From Betaproteobacteria bacterium (lineage in GTDB: Bacteria > Pseudomonadota > Gammaproteobacteria > Burkholderiales > SG8-39), in assembly GCA_947467435.1 (NCBI GenBank), contig CANIIA010000005.1, positions 1 through 62,833 on the forward strand: 62,833 nt of DNA, read 5' to 3'. This document shows positions 40,574 through 51,052 of the stretch, piece after piece (positions within the stretch are counted from its first letter, which is position 1; each line of letters starts with the position of its first letter). Under the pieces are notes generated by a model. It saw only the letters and a list, made by a program, of their open reading frames with translations, was not told the DNA's origin and searched no databases. Made by a program: the position numbers and the translations under genes.

Positions 40574-40784
40574 GGATTCTCCAGCTTGTGGCTTGTTCCG
40601 TCAGACAGACGCGCGATCCGCTTCTTGTGGATGCAGAACGCACACGTTGTCGTCGAGAGCAGATTCACCCAGATAAAATGCAGAAGCAGTTGCGTCTGCG
40701 GGTGAATCCGTTAGTGGGACGATGGTGGGACTAAATTAGGTAGAACTAAAAACGAGAACTCGACACGGACTGCGCAAAAAAATA

Positions 40785-40826
40785 ACCAACTAACTAGGAC
40801 CAACTAAATAAGACCGACTAAATAAA
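40785..40826. repeat. Degenerate tandem repeat, 3 x 14 bp
   Basis: accaactaactagg accaactaaataag accgactaaataaa. Confidence 0.75.
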
Positions 40827-40829
40827 AAT

Positions 40830-40869
40830 AACTCAGTGACTCAACGTCTCTGCGACTCAACGACTCAAC
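40830..40869. repeat. Degenerate tandem repeat, 5 x 8 bp (GACTCAAC)
   Basis: aactcagt gactcaac gtctctgc gactcaac gactcaac. Confidence 0.7.
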
Positions 40870-41021
40870 AACGCGCCGCGGTGCGAATCGATGCAAAATG
40901 TGGCGGTAAGGATGGCGAATTTGGCAGCCTCTTGTCGCAGTTACCCTCGCCTGAGAACACACCCGGCAAATATAAAATATCGCCCTCTGTGACGCAATAG
41001 CAGCAGTGATAAAATTCGGCG

Positions 41022-41864
41022 ATGAATGCACGATTAATCGATGGAAAAAAGCATGCGGCAAGCCTGCGTGCGCAATTGGCTGCACAAGTCGACGCGCTTG
41101 CAGCACGCGGTATCCACCCTGGGTTAGCGGTCATTATCGTTGGTGACCATCCCGCCTCACGTGCTTATGTGCGCAATAAGCTGGCTGCTTGCGCCGAAAC
41201 TGGCGTGCGCTCAACAAAGATCGAGCTTGCCGAACAGGTCACGCAACGCGCGTTGCTCGATGAAATTGCTGCACTCAATCACAACCCTGCGGTGCATGGC
41301 ATTTTGGTACAACTGCCTTTGCCTGCACACATCGATGCACAAGCCGTCCTCGAGGCGATTGCGCCCAGTAAAGATGTCGATGGCTTTCATGCCAGCAGCG
41401 CTGGTGCGTTGCTGCAAGGACGTCCTGGTTTTGTTCCCTGCACGCCTGCGGGGGTCATGTATTTATTGGCGCAAGAAGGCATTGCTCTCGCGGGCCAACA
41501 CGCCGTTGTGCTGGGGCGCAGCAATGTGGTGGGCAAGCCGCTCGCGTTACTGCTCTTGCAGAACGATGCCACCGTCACCATTTGTCACTCAAGAACCAAG
41601 GATCTCGCCACGGAAGCCCGGCGTGCAGATATTTTGATTGCCGCCGTCGGTCGCGCTGGTTTAGTGCGGGCTGAGATGGTCAAACCGGGTGCCTGTGTGA
41701 TTGATGTTGGCATTAATCGCAATGCCGCAGGACAACTGGTTGGCGATGTTGACTTCGATGCGGTGTGCCAGGTCGCTGGCAGCATCACACCTGTACCCGG
41801 AGGTGTGGGGCCGATGACGGTGGCGATGCTCGTTGCAAACACATTACGCGCGGCGCAAGCCTAA
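41022..41864 (+). CDS. folD: Methylenetetrahydrofolate dehydrogenase/cyclohydrolase
   Basis: [26 protein letters not shown]. Confidence 0.98.
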   Translation: MNARLIDGKKHAASLRAQLAAQVDALAARGIHPGLAVIIVGDHPASRAYVRNKLAACAETGVRSTKIELAEQVTQRALLDEIAALNHNPAVHGILVQLPLPAHIDAQAVLEAIAPSKDVDGFHASSAGALLQGRPGFVPCTPAGVMYLLAQEGIALAGQHAVVLGRSNVVGKPLALLLLQNDATVTICHSRTKDLATEARRADILIAAVGRAGLVRAEMVKPGACVIDVGINRNAAGQLVGDVDFDAVCQVAGSITPVPGGVGPMTVAMLVANTLRAAQA

Positions 41865-41979
41865 GTTCGATCCCCCTACGCCGTCGCGCCGCTATTGCAA
41901 CGTGACGCACCGATAAACGCTGAGCTTTTGGCGGTTGTGTAGGAGCCATTGGCGATTTTTTTGATTGAACGGAACACGC

Positions 41980-44040
41980 ATGAACCCGCTACTCGATTTT
42001 TCTGGTTTACCCCGCTACGCCGAATTACGTGCCGAACACGTCACTCCGGCGATCACTCAATTGCTCAGTGAAGCACAAGCAGTCGTCGCACAAATCACCC
42101 AACCCAACATTCCATCCACATGGGAAGCGTTTATTCAGCCACTTGAAGATGCCAACGAGCGTCTGTCGCGTGCCTGGGGACAGGTCTCGCATTTGCATTC
42201 AGTGATGGACACACCACCGTTGCGCGAAGCTTATAACGCCAATTTACCCGCCATCACTGCCTATTGGACGGCGCTGGGACAAAACACGGTGCTGTTCGAA
42301 AAATACAAAACGTTGCGTAGTAGCACCGCATTTGACACGTTAACTGCGCCGCGTAAAAAACAAGTCGACAACGCCTTGCGCGATTTTCGTTTGGGTGGAG
42401 CCGAACTCCTCGACGCCGTGAAACCACGGTACAGCGAAATTCAAGCTGAGCTCGCAGCACTGTCGGCCAAATTTTCTGAGAACGTACTCGATGCAACGAA
42501 TGATTGGTCGATCGTCATTGAGGATGAACAACGTCTGGCTGGATTACCCGAGGATGCACGTACCGCAGCCCGCGAAGCCGCCAGTGCGGCTGAACAACCC
42601 GGTTGGAAATTTACGTTGCACATGCCGTCGTATTTCCCGGTGATGCAGTACGCAGAAGACCGCGAATTACGCGCCGCCTTGTATCGTGCCAATGCGACCC
42701 GCGCATCGGAATTTGGTAAACCTGATTGGGATAACACGCCACTCATTACACGTATCCTATCGTTACGCGTCGAAGAAGCGCATTTACTGGGTTATAAAAA
42801 TTTTGCCGAAGTCTCTTTGGTCTCAAAGATGGCGAAATCACCCGATGAGGTGTTAGGTTTTTTAAACGATCTTGCAACACGCGCTCGACCGCATGCAGAA
42901 AAAGACTTGGCTGAGTTGCGCGACTTTGCACAAACAAGCTTGGGCTTAGACACGCTCGAAGCGTGGGATGTCACCTTTGCTTCCGAAAAATTACGCGAGC
43001 AACGCTATGCGTTTTCAGATCACGAAGTGAAGCAATATTTTCCTGAAACGCGTGTCGTACCAGGCATGTTCAAGCTCGTCGAAACGCTGTTTGGTATTCA
43101 TATTCATGAAATCACCGATCGAAGCCAAGCGCCGGTGTGGCATGCAGATGTGCGTTTTTTTGAGATACGCGACACGCACGGTCAGCGCATCGGGCAGTTT
43201 TATCTTGATTTGTATGCACGCGACACAAAACGCGGGGGCGCTTGGATGGATGACGCCATCACACGGCGTCGTACCGCGCAGGGCATCCAAACACCCGTGG
43301 CGTATTTGAATTGTAATTTCTCTGGCCCCGTCGGTGGTAAGCCTGCCCTGTTTACGCACGACGATGTGATCACGCTATTTCATGAGTTTGGTCACGGCTT
43401 GCATCATTTACTCACACGCGTTGAGGATCTTGGTGTGGCAGGTATCAACGGCGTGGAATGGGATGCCGTCGAACTACCCAGCCAGTTTATGGAAAATTTT
43501 TGCTGGGAATGGGAAGTTCTCAAGCACATGACCGGTCACGTCGACACGGGGGCTGCGTTGCCACGCGTGTTGTTTGATCGTATGTGCGCAGCAAAAAATT
43601 TCCAATCCGGTTTAGCCATGTTGCGGCAAATTGAATTTTCAATGTTCGACATGGAGCTCCATCGTCATGCCAACGCCGAACAGATCCCTAGCGCCCAAGC
43701 AGTCCTCGATGCCGTGCGTGCACGCGTTGCGGTGATGACACCACCGCCGTGGAATCGCTTTCCAAATAATTTCTCGCATATTTTTGCTGGGGGTTACGCC
43801 GCGGGCTACTACAGCTATAAATGGGCAGAAGTGTTGTCTGCGGATGCGTTTGCTGCGTTTGAAGAATGTCGTGATCGGGCCGGGGTGCTTGATCCACAAA
43901 CCGGCGCAAGGTTTCGCGATGAAGTGCTGGCCGTTGGTGGTAGTCGACCAGCAGCAGAATCGTTTCGCGCTTTTCGTGGACGCGAACCACAAGTCGATGC
44001 ATTGTTGCGTCATCACGGTATACAAACGACGAGCGCATGA
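41980..44040 (+). CDS. prlC: Oligopeptidase A (M3)
   Basis: MNPLL, KRGGAWM, FHEFGHGLH, VELPSQ, YAAGYYSYKWAE. Confidence 0.96.
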   Translation: MNPLLDFSGLPRYAELRAEHVTPAITQLLSEAQAVVAQITQPNIPSTWEAFIQPLEDANERLSRAWGQVSHLHSVMDTPPLREAYNANLPAITAYWTALGQNTVLFEKYKTLRSSTAFDTLTAPRKKQVDNALRDFRLGGAELLDAVKPRYSEIQAELAALSAKFSENVLDATNDWSIVIEDEQRLAGLPEDARTAAREAASAAEQPGWKFTLHMPSYFPVMQYAEDRELRAALYRANATRASEFGKPDWDNTPLITRILSLRVEEAHLLGYKNFAEVSLVSKMAKSPDEVLGFLNDLATRARPHAEKDLAELRDFAQTSLGLDTLEAWDVTFASEKLREQRYAFSDHEVKQYFPETRVVPGMFKLVETLFGIHIHEITDRSQAPVWHADVRFFEIRDTHGQRIGQFYLDLYARDTKRGGAWMDDAITRRRTAQGIQTPVAYLNCNFSGPVGGKPALFTHDDVITLFHEFGHGLHHLLTRVEDLGVAGINGVEWDAVELPSQFMENFCWEWEVLKHMTGHVDTGAALPRVLFDRMCAAKNFQSGLAMLRQIEFSMFDMELHRHANAEQIPSAQAVLDAVRARVAVMTPPPWNRFPNNFSHIFAGGYAAGYYSYKWAEVLSADAFAAFEECRDRAGVLDPQTGARFRDEVLAVGGSRPAAESFRAFRGREPQVDALLRHHGIQTTSA

Positions 44041-44804
44041 AAATCGCCACTTGGAATGTCAACTCACTCAAGGTGCGTTTACCGCATTTGCTCGACTGGC
44101 TGAGCAGCGCGCAGCCTGATGTGCTCTGCTTACAAGAGCTCAAGCTAGAAGATGAAAAATTTCCACACGCTGAAATTAAAGCGGCTGGCTATCACGCCGT
44201 TGTCTCTGGGCAAAAAACTTATAACGGTGTCGCGATTTTGTCGCGTGACGCGATCAGTGATGTTCGTTTAGGCCTTGACGATTATGTTGACGAACAACGT
44301 CGCGTCATTACCGCAACCGTACAAGGTATTCGTGTGATGTGCGTGTACTGCCCGAACGGTCAGGCGCTTGACTCAGATAAATTTGTCTACAAGCTCGGCT
44401 GGTTTTCTGCACTTCAACGAACCCTTGCCAAAGACCTCACCGTCCATACGCAACTCGCCGTGGCTGGCGACTTTAATATCGCGCCAGAAGATCGCGACGT
44501 ACACGACCCCAAAGCATGGGAAGGCCAAGTGCTGGTGTCGACGCAAGAGCGAACCGCTTGGCAACAGTTACTCTCGCTTGGGTTGGTGGATACGTTTCGG
44601 TTGTTTCCACAAGAAGAAAAAATGTTCTCTTGGTGGGATTACCGCATGATGGGTTTTCGACGCAATGCCGGCTTACGCATTGACCATGTGTTGGCATCGG
44701 CCGCGCTGGCCACGCGATGTCGTGAAGTGCACATCGATCGTGCACCACGCAAACTTGAACGACCGAGCGATCACACGCCTGTGATCGCCACCTTCACGGA
44801 ATAA
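44037..44804 (+). CDS. xth: Exodeoxyribonuclease III
   Basis: TWNVNS, LQELK, YNGVA, GDFN, RIDH, SDH. Confidence 0.96.
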   Translation: MKIATWNVNSLKVRLPHLLDWLSSAQPDVLCLQELKLEDEKFPHAEIKAAGYHAVVSGQKTYNGVAILSRDAISDVRLGLDDYVDEQRRVITATVQGIRVMCVYCPNGQALDSDKFVYKLGWFSALQRTLAKDLTVHTQLAVAGDFNIAPEDRDVHDPKAWEGQVLVSTQERTAWQQLLSLGLVDTFRLFPQEEKMFSWWDYRMMGFRRNAGLRIDHVLASAALATRCREVHIDRAPRKLERPSDHTPVIATFTE

Positions 44805-44808
44805 TCGC

Positions 44809-46206
44809 TCAAGCAGCGCTGGGGTCTTCTACACCCAGCTCTTGAATTTTGCGGGTGATGGTGTTGCGCCCCATGCCAAGTAAGGAGGCAGCTTCGATAC
44901 GCCGCCCACCTGTACGAATTAACGCCCGTTCAATGAGTGATTTTTCAAACTGCCGACCCAACACATCAAGAATGCCTGTTTCACCGCGCCCCAAGCGTTG
45001 TTCGACTTCGTGCTCAAGTGCAGCAATCCAATCGGCGGCACCGGGTGTGGCCGAAGTTTCACGAAATTCGGCTGGCAAGTCAGCCACATCCACCACCTGA
45101 CCGGGTGCCATCACCGTGATCCAATGACAGAGATTTTCTAGTTGACGCACATTGCCCGGAAAATCTAATCGTGAAATATAGCCGAGCGCTTCTTCAGACA
45201 AGCGTTTTGCATCCACACCCAATTGCGCAGCACTGCGCGTGAGAAAGTGCCGGGTCAGCAGCGGAATGTCTTCTCGCCGTTCGCGCATCGATGGTAAGCG
45301 GATACGAATCACGTTGAGTCGATGAAATAAATCTTCGCGAAATGCGCCTTCACGAACACGTGCCTCAAGATGTTGATGTGTGGCAGCGATCACGCGCACA
45401 TTGGCTTTGATTTGTTGATGTCCACCGACGCGGTAAAAATGGCCGTCAGACAACACACGTAACAAGCGCGTTTGTAAATCGGGCGCCATGTCTCCGATTT
45501 CATCAAGAAATAGCGTGCCCCCTTCGGCTTGCTCAAAACGCCCTCGACGCTGCACTTGCGCACCAGTAAACGCACCACGCTCATGTCCAAACAATTCGGA
45601 TTCCAGCAAATCTTTAGGCATCGCGGCGGTGTTAATCGCGACAAACGGCTTGGACGCACGCGCGCTATGTCGATGCAATGCACGCGCCACTAATTCTTTA
45701 CCAGACCCTGATTCACCAGTAATTAAAACGGTAGCGCTCGATTGTGCAAGACGACCAATCGCACGAAATACTTCTTGCATCGCTGGCGCTTGACCAAGAA
45801 TTTCGGGGGTGTCTTCAATGGGCTCTGTCGCGCCGGTTTCGCGTTGACTTTCATCGATTGCGCGACGAATGAGATCCACCGCTTGATCAACATCGAACGG
45901 CTTTGGCAGATATTCATACGCCCCGCCTTGAAACGCCGCCACAGCCGATTCCAGATCTGAGTACGCAGTCATGACAATGACAGGTAGTGCAGGATGCTGT
46001 GCTTTGACTGTCTGTAAAAGCTCCAGACCGGATGGGCCAGGCATCCGGATATCCGACACCAACACTTGGGGGACTTCGGCTTGCAAAGCGGTCAGCGCTT
46101 CAGCGGCCGAACTAAAACAACGAAATGCAATCGACTCGCGTGTTAAGGCTTTTTCAAACACCCAACGTATTGAGCGATCATCATCGACTATCCAGACAGG
46201 CTTCAT
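44809..46206 (-). CDS. ntrC: Nitrogen regulation protein NR(I)
   Basis: Receiver domain, GESGSGKE, GAFTGA, Fis-type HTH (LGMGRNTITRK). Confidence 0.97.
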   Translation of the reverse strand: MKPVWIVDDDRSIRWVFEKALTRESIAFRCFSSAAEALTALQAEVPQVLVSDIRMPGPSGLELLQTVKAQHPALPVIVMTAYSDLESAVAAFQGGAYEYLPKPFDVDQAVDLIRRAIDESQRETGATEPIEDTPEILGQAPAMQEVFRAIGRLAQSSATVLITGESGSGKELVARALHRHSARASKPFVAINTAAMPKDLLESELFGHERGAFTGAQVQRRGRFEQAEGGTLFLDEIGDMAPDLQTRLLRVLSDGHFYRVGGHQQIKANVRVIAATHQHLEARVREGAFREDLFHRLNVIRIRLPSMRERREDIPLLTRHFLTRSAAQLGVDAKRLSEEALGYISRLDFPGNVRQLENLCHWITVMAPGQVVDVADLPAEFRETSATPGAADWIAALEHEVEQRLGRGETGILDVLGRQFEKSLIERALIRTGGRRIEAASLLGMGRNTITRKIQELGVEDPSAA

Positions 46207-46219
46207 GGGGTTCCAAACG

Positions 46220-47290
46220 CTAGTCTAAGGGCAGCAACATCGTGAATACCGTACGTCCGGGTCGGCTGTCGCAAACAATCATGCCGTGGTGATACTGAAT
46301 AAACGTTTGCGCTAACGACAAACCCAAGCCGCTTCCCCCGTCGCGTCCGGACACAAGCGGGTTAAAGATTCGATCGCGGATACTTTCCGGAACTCCAGGA
46401 CCGTCATCGATGACTTGCAATTCTAGTGCCAGCTTATGGCGTTGCCTGACGATGGTAATTTGACGTGCAACGCGTGTGCGCAGTGTGATGGTGCCGCCGA
46501 CCGGTGCCCCACCAATTAGCGCTTGCGCCGCGTTACGCACCACATTGAGTACGGTTTGAATCAGTTGCTCTTGATCACCCACCACATCGGGCAAGCTGAT
46601 GTCGTAATCTCGGCGTATTGCCACACCACTTGAAAATTCTGCCAATACCAAGCTACGTACACGCTCAAGAATTTCGTGGATGTTGAGCGGCGCCAAGCGT
46701 GGCGTGCGATGCGGGGTCAGCAGGCGATCGACCAAGGCTTGTAATCGATCGGCCTCTTTGATGATGACTTGGGTATATTCGCGCAGCTCGGCTTTATCGA
46801 GTTCGCGCTCAAGCAGTTGAGCCGAGCCGCGTAATCCACCCAAGGGATTTTTAATTTCGTGCGCGAGATTACGAATCAGCTCGCGATTGGCGGTTTGTAA
46901 ATCGAGCATGCGCTCTTCGCGTGCAATACGCAGCGCCTGCTCGATCGGACGCAGTTCCAGTAAGAGTGGCGTGGCTTCTAAATCTAAGCGCGCCGCCGTG
47001 ACGATCAGCGCTAAAGGCTCTTGCCCAACGCGTAAGTAACTGACGGTGTGGGCGGCGTAACTCCAATGATTGGTGAGCGCTTCTTTGAGCATCTCTCCAA
47101 GCGCATCGGCTTCAGCCATCATGGGCAAAAACGGCTGCCCCAACAAACTGCGTACGCCAGTTTCTAGCAAACTCTCGCATGCAGGGTTGGCATAACGCAC
47201 CACCAAGGTTCGATCAAGGACCATGACTGCCGAGGGCAGTAACTCTAAGCCAGCAAATTTTTCGTCGATCACAGCCGCCCCCGCATACAA
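46220..47290 (-). CDS. ntrB: Nitrogen regulation histidine kinase NR(II)
   Basis: PAS domain, LAHEIKNPLGG, DDGPG, GSGLGL. Start may be GTG at 47272. Confidence 0.96.
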   Translation of the reverse strand: MYAGAAVIDEKFAGLELLPSAVMVLDRTLVVRYANPACESLLETGVRSLLGQPFLPMMAEADALGEMLKEALTNHWSYAAHTVSYLRVGQEPLALIVTAARLDLEATPLLLELRPIEQALRIAREERMLDLQTANRELIRNLAHEIKNPLGGLRGSAQLLERELDKAELREYTQVIIKEADRLQALVDRLLTPHRTPRLAPLNIHEILERVRSLVLAEFSSGVAIRRDYDISLPDVVGDQEQLIQTVLNVVRNAAQALIGGAPVGGTITLRTRVARQITIVRQRHKLALELQVIDDGPGVPESIRDRIFNPLVSGRDGGSGLGLSLAQTFIQYHHGMIVCDSRPGRTVFTMLLPLD

Positions 47291-47306
47291 CGCAGGAGCG
47301 ACGCGC

Positions 47307-47867
47307 TTACTTCAACTTGTCCAATTCGCGACGCAAATCCTCGACGTTGCGTTCGTGCATCCGAACATTGTCGCGATAACGTTGTAAGCGCATTTCGTTG
47401 CCAACGGTCGAGCGATCGACAGCGGCAACCAACACTTCTTGTTCGCTGAGCTCCTTGCGTGCGCGCGCAAGCACTAACGCCTCGCCTTGTAATTCGGCCT
47501 CGATTGCTTGCCGCTGACGTAAGCGCGCATTGGCTCGGTCTTGTCCACTTTCGCGCGGAAAACCGTTGCTCGGGACAACAAGCGTGGCAACAGAGCGTGT
47601 GTCGAGGCTGGCACTGGTGCTCAGGGCGCTGGGTTTTGTCGGCACAGTGTTGCGCTGGTGATAAAGCAACTGACACGATTTGCCCTTGGTATCTTCTTTT
47701 TGGCTGGTCAACGTCTGCTGACCTTGCGCGTCGATGCAACGCCAAAGCGACAACATCTCGGCGCCACACAGTAGCGTCGGCGCAATCAAGCCACCGATCA
47801 GGCAGGCGAGCGGTAAGTACCGTCGCGTCTGCAACCCGAACCGTGCGTGACATTGAACAGTAAACAT
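47307..47867 (-). CDS. Probable exported DUF4124-like protein with C-terminal coiled coil
   Basis: Signal-like segment, WRCIDAQG, coiled-coil tail. Usual position between glnA and ntrB. Confidence 0.6.
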   Translation of the reverse strand: MFTVQCHARFGLQTRRYLPLACLIGGLIAPTLLCGAEMLSLWRCIDAQGQQTLTSQKEDTKGKSCQLLYHQRNTVPTKPSALSTSASLDTRSVATLVVPSNGFPRESGQDRANARLRQRQAIEAELQGEALVLARARKELSEQEVLVAAVDRSTVGNEMRLQRYRDNVRMHERNVEDLRRELDKLK

Positions 47868-47938
47868 GGAGTGAAGGTTCCAATGGAATCCACCCAGTGT
47901 ATTTGAGTTAGGCCAGGTGCCGGTGGCGTTTTAACAAA

Positions 47939-47969
47939 AGAAAAAGGACGGGAATCCCGTCCTTTTTCT
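47939..47969. terminator. Intrinsic (bidirectional-type) terminator after glnA
   Basis: AGAAAAAGGACGGGA-A-TCCCGTCCTTTTTCT perfect inverted repeat. Confidence 0.85.
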
Positions 47970-48022
47970 GTGCCTGACGCGCCACCGGACAATTCGCCGA
48001 GCAGCGCATCAGTCAACGCAAC

Positions 48023-49438
48023 TTACGCGCTGTAGTACATATCAAATTCCACCGGGTGGGTGGTCATGCGGAAGCGGGTGACTTCTTCCATCTTGAGTGC
48101 GATGTAAGAATCAATAAAGTCATCCGAGAACACACCACCTTTGGTTAAGAAGGCGCGATCTTTATCCAACGCATCGAGGGCCTGATCCAATGAGTGGCAA
48201 ACCGTCGGCACTTTGGCGGCTTCTTCCGGCGGCAAATCGTACAAGTTCTTGTCGATTGGATCACCGGGATGAATTTTATTTTGCACGCCATCTAATCCGG
48301 CCATCAGCATGGCTGCAAACGCCATGTAGGGGTTTGCGGTTGGATCTGGGAAACGCACTTCGACACGACGCGCTTTATCGCTGGCCACATACGGAATACG
48401 GCAAGACGCTGAGCGATTACGTGCCGAGTAGGCGAGATTGATCGGCGCCTCATATCCAGGCACCAAACGCTTGTAGCTGTTGGTTCCAGGATTGGTGATT
48501 GCATTGAGTGCTTTGGCGTGCTTGATGATGCCACCGATGTAATGCAAGGCGAACTCTGATAAACCGGCGTAGCCGTTACCAGCAAACAAGTTTTTGCCGC
48601 CCTTCCATACGGACTGGTGCACGTGCATACCCGAACCGTTGTCACCAACCACTGGCTTAGGCATAAAGGTCGCGGTCTTGCCATACGAGGCAGCCACATT
48701 CCACACCGTGTACTTCAGAATTTGCAGCCAATCTGCGCGCTGAACCAGCGGCGCAAATTTCGTACCGATTTCACACTGACCTTGCGCTGCCACCTCGTGG
48801 TGATGCACCTCGACTTCAACGCCTTGCTGCTCAAGCGCGATACACATGGCATTGCGCAGATCCTGCATGGTGTCGACGGGGGGAACCGGAAAGTAGCCGC
48901 CTTTGACTGGCGCGCGATGACCCATGTTGCCCGACTCATAGTCGATGTTCGATGACCACGAGGCTTCTTCAGAACGAATCTTCACCGAGCTACCCGACAT
49001 ATCCACTTGCCAGGTCACGCCATCAAAAACAAAGAACTCTGGTTCAGGACCAAAATAGGCCACGTCACCAATGCCTGAAGATTTGAGATAAGCCTCAGCC
49101 CGCTTGGCGATGCCGCGTGGGCAACGGTCATACGGCGTGCCATCGCTAGGCTCGATGACATCGCAATTAATATTCAACACCACTTCATCGGTAAACGGGT
49201 CGATACGGGCTGTGCTCGCATCGGGCATCAGCAACATGTCGGATGCTTGAATGCCTTTCCAACCAGCAATCGATGAGCCGTCGAAGGCATGGCCTTCTTC
49301 AAATTTTTCCATGGTGAAGTAGCGCGCCGGAACAGACACGTGCTGCTCCTTGCCGCGAGTGTCTGTAAAGCGGAAGTCGACGAACTTGACTTCCTTTTCC
49401 TTGGCCATCTTGATTACATCGGCTGGCGACATAGCCAT
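48023..49438 (-). CDS. glnA: Glutamine synthetase type I
   Basis: [35 protein letters not shown] adenylylation site; AGGAG RBS. Confidence 0.98.
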   Translation of the reverse strand: MAMSPADVIKMAKEKEVKFVDFRFTDTRGKEQHVSVPARYFTMEKFEEGHAFDGSSIAGWKGIQASDMLLMPDASTARIDPFTDEVVLNINCDVIEPSDGTPYDRCPRGIAKRAEAYLKSSGIGDVAYFGPEPEFFVFDGVTWQVDMSGSSVKIRSEEASWSSNIDYESGNMGHRAPVKGGYFPVPPVDTMQDLRNAMCIALEQQGVEVEVHHHEVAAQGQCEIGTKFAPLVQRADWLQILKYTVWNVAASYGKTATFMPKPVVGDNGSGMHVHQSVWKGGKNLFAGNGYAGLSEFALHYIGGIIKHAKALNAITNPGTNSYKRLVPGYEAPINLAYSARNRSASCRIPYVASDKARRVEVRFPDPTANPYMAFAAMLMAGLDGVQNKIHPGDPIDKNLYDLPPEEAAKVPTVCHSLDQALDALDKDRAFLTKGGVFSDDFIDSYIALKMEEVTRFRMTTHPVEFDMYYSA

Positions 49439-49532
49439 CTTCAAATCTCCTGGAGGGGTAAGTGAACGAATAGAACGAATATGCTGCAAAAAGGGGGAGG
49501 GTAATTGATGTTGATTTGAGCCCGTTAATTCG

Positions 49533-49549
49533 AGCAGTTTCCATGCCAA
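49533..49549 (-). promoter_or_regulatory. Sigma-54 promoter of glnA
   Basis: Minus strand TTGGCATGGAAACTGCT (GG-N10-GC). Confidence 0.8.
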
Positions 49550-49623
49550 ACAACAGACCTCGCAAGCGTGCTGCCGCCGCGCGGTGCAACGCACATTCTA
49601 CCTTGTTGGCCGGAGCATTGATT

Positions 49624-49671
49624 TGCACCAAAATAATGCGCGTTGCCTTTAAGTTGCATTGTTTTGGTGCA
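49624..49671. promoter_or_regulatory. Tandem NtrC binding sites (glnA enhancer)
   Basis: TGCACCAAAATAATGCG (49624-49640) and TGCATTGTTTTGGTGCA (49655-49671), 31 bp apart. Confidence 0.85.
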
Positions 49672-49747
49672 AATGGGATTCTGGAGCCGCGACTATAATT
49701 TACTCTTACCGACATTTAAACCCTTTTTTAGACGACGGGGTACTCTT

Positions 49748-50194
49748 TTGGATCAAGCCACGACCCTCCTGCAACAAGCCCAACAACGCGGCCGCGAGGC
49801 AAAGCTTCCCTATGCCGGAGCAGTTTTACCCAGCGAAGCACACTTACTCATGTTGCAAGGTGCCCGTCTGGTCGATGTGCGAACAGCAGCAGAACTTGAA
49901 TGGGTGGGGCGCATCGAAGGCGCCATCTCAATTGAATGGAACAGATGGCCCGGCGGCCAGCCGAATCCGGACTTTCTTACGCAATTGCAATCGCTCGTGC
50001 CTAAAGATCACACCGTGATGTTTTTGTGTCGTTCTGGTGGACGCTCGCACAATGCAGCGATTGCTGCGGCCGGCGTTGGGTATCAAGCGGCCTTGAATAT
50101 CTTGCAAGGCTTTGAGGGAGATAAAAACACGGCGGGACAACGCAACGTGTTAGGTGGTTGGCGCGCTGCTGGCTTACCTTGGGTGCAATCCTAA
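49748..50194 (+). CDS. Rhodanese-like domain protein
   Basis: LVDVRTAAE, FLCRSGGRS, GWRAAGLPW. TTG start inferred. Confidence 0.88.
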   Translation: MDQATTLLQQAQQRGREAKLPYAGAVLPSEAHLLMLQGARLVDVRTAAELEWVGRIEGAISIEWNRWPGGQPNPDFLTQLQSLVPKDHTVMFLCRSGGRSHNAAIAAAGVGYQAALNILQGFEGDKNTAGQRNVLGGWRAAGLPWVQS

Positions 50195-50203
50195 GTTAGA
50201 TCT

Positions 50204-51031
50204 CTAAGCTGGACCCCAAGTCAACCAACCGCGCCAAGCGCTAAATAGCACCAGCAGACCAAAGACGATGCGGTACCAAGCAAACACACAAAAGTCGTGC
50301 GTGGCAATGTAACGCAATAACCAGCGCACACATAAAAACGCAGACACAAACGCTGCCGCAAACCCAATCGAAAAGCGACCGAGATCGGATGCGCTCAATA
50401 GATCGCGGTGCTTGATTAAGTCATACGCACCCGCCGCAACCAAGGTCGGCACGGCAAGAAAAAAAGAAAATTCTGTCGCCGCACGACGCGATAGTCCAAA
50501 TAGCATCCCACCAATAATTGTCGCGCCAGAACGCGATGTGCCCGGAATCAACGCAAATGCTTGCGCAAATCCAACCTTAAGCGCATCACGCCAAGTCATT
50601 GCATCGACAGATTCAATGCGCGGCGATTGCTCGCGTCGCTCGACCCACAAAATAATCAAACCACCAACAATGAACGCGCAGGCCACAGGCACCGGTGCAA
50701 ATAACTGCGCTTTGATGAGTTTGCCAAACAACACACCCAATACCGCCGCAGGCATGAATGCAATCAGCACATTGATGACAAACCGCAACGCAAGCGGATC
50801 GCGATGCATCAATACGCCACGCAGCACCTGTGCAAAACGCAGACGATATTCCCAAACGATGGCCAGCATGGCGCCTGTTTGGATGACCATGAAAAATACT
50901 TTGCCACGCTCATCATCCACACCAAGTAAGGCACCCGCCAAAATTAAATGCCCTGTACTCGAGATCGGCAGAAATTCTGTGAGCCCTTCAACGACACCAA
51001 GAATCAGCGCGGCAATCAACTCATGCATCAA
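50204..51031 (-). CDS. uppP: Undecaprenyl-diphosphatase
   Basis: [24 protein letters not shown]. Confidence 0.97.
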   Translation of the reverse strand: MMHELIAALILGVVEGLTEFLPISSTGHLILAGALLGVDDERGKVFFMVIQTGAMLAIVWEYRLRFAQVLRGVLMHRDPLALRFVINVLIAFMPAAVLGVLFGKLIKAQLFAPVPVACAFIVGGLIILWVERREQSPRIESVDAMTWRDALKVGFAQAFALIPGTSRSGATIIGGMLFGLSRRAATEFSFFLAVPTLVAAGAYDLIKHRDLLSASDLGRFSIGFAAAFVSAFLCVRWLLRYIATHDFCVFAWYRIVFGLLVLFSAWRGWLTWGPA

Positions 51032-51052
51032 TCATGCTTTCTTGAATGCGCG

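Noticed and set aside
40785..40869. Possible CRISPR array or iterons
   Set aside because: Units are 8-14 bp, directly adjacent, with no spacers and no cas or rep gene.
41865..41880. GTTCGATCCC resembling a tRNA T-loop or att site
   Set aside because: No T-stem, acceptor stem or CCA, and no integrase. The same 10-mer occurs inside a CDS near 15093.
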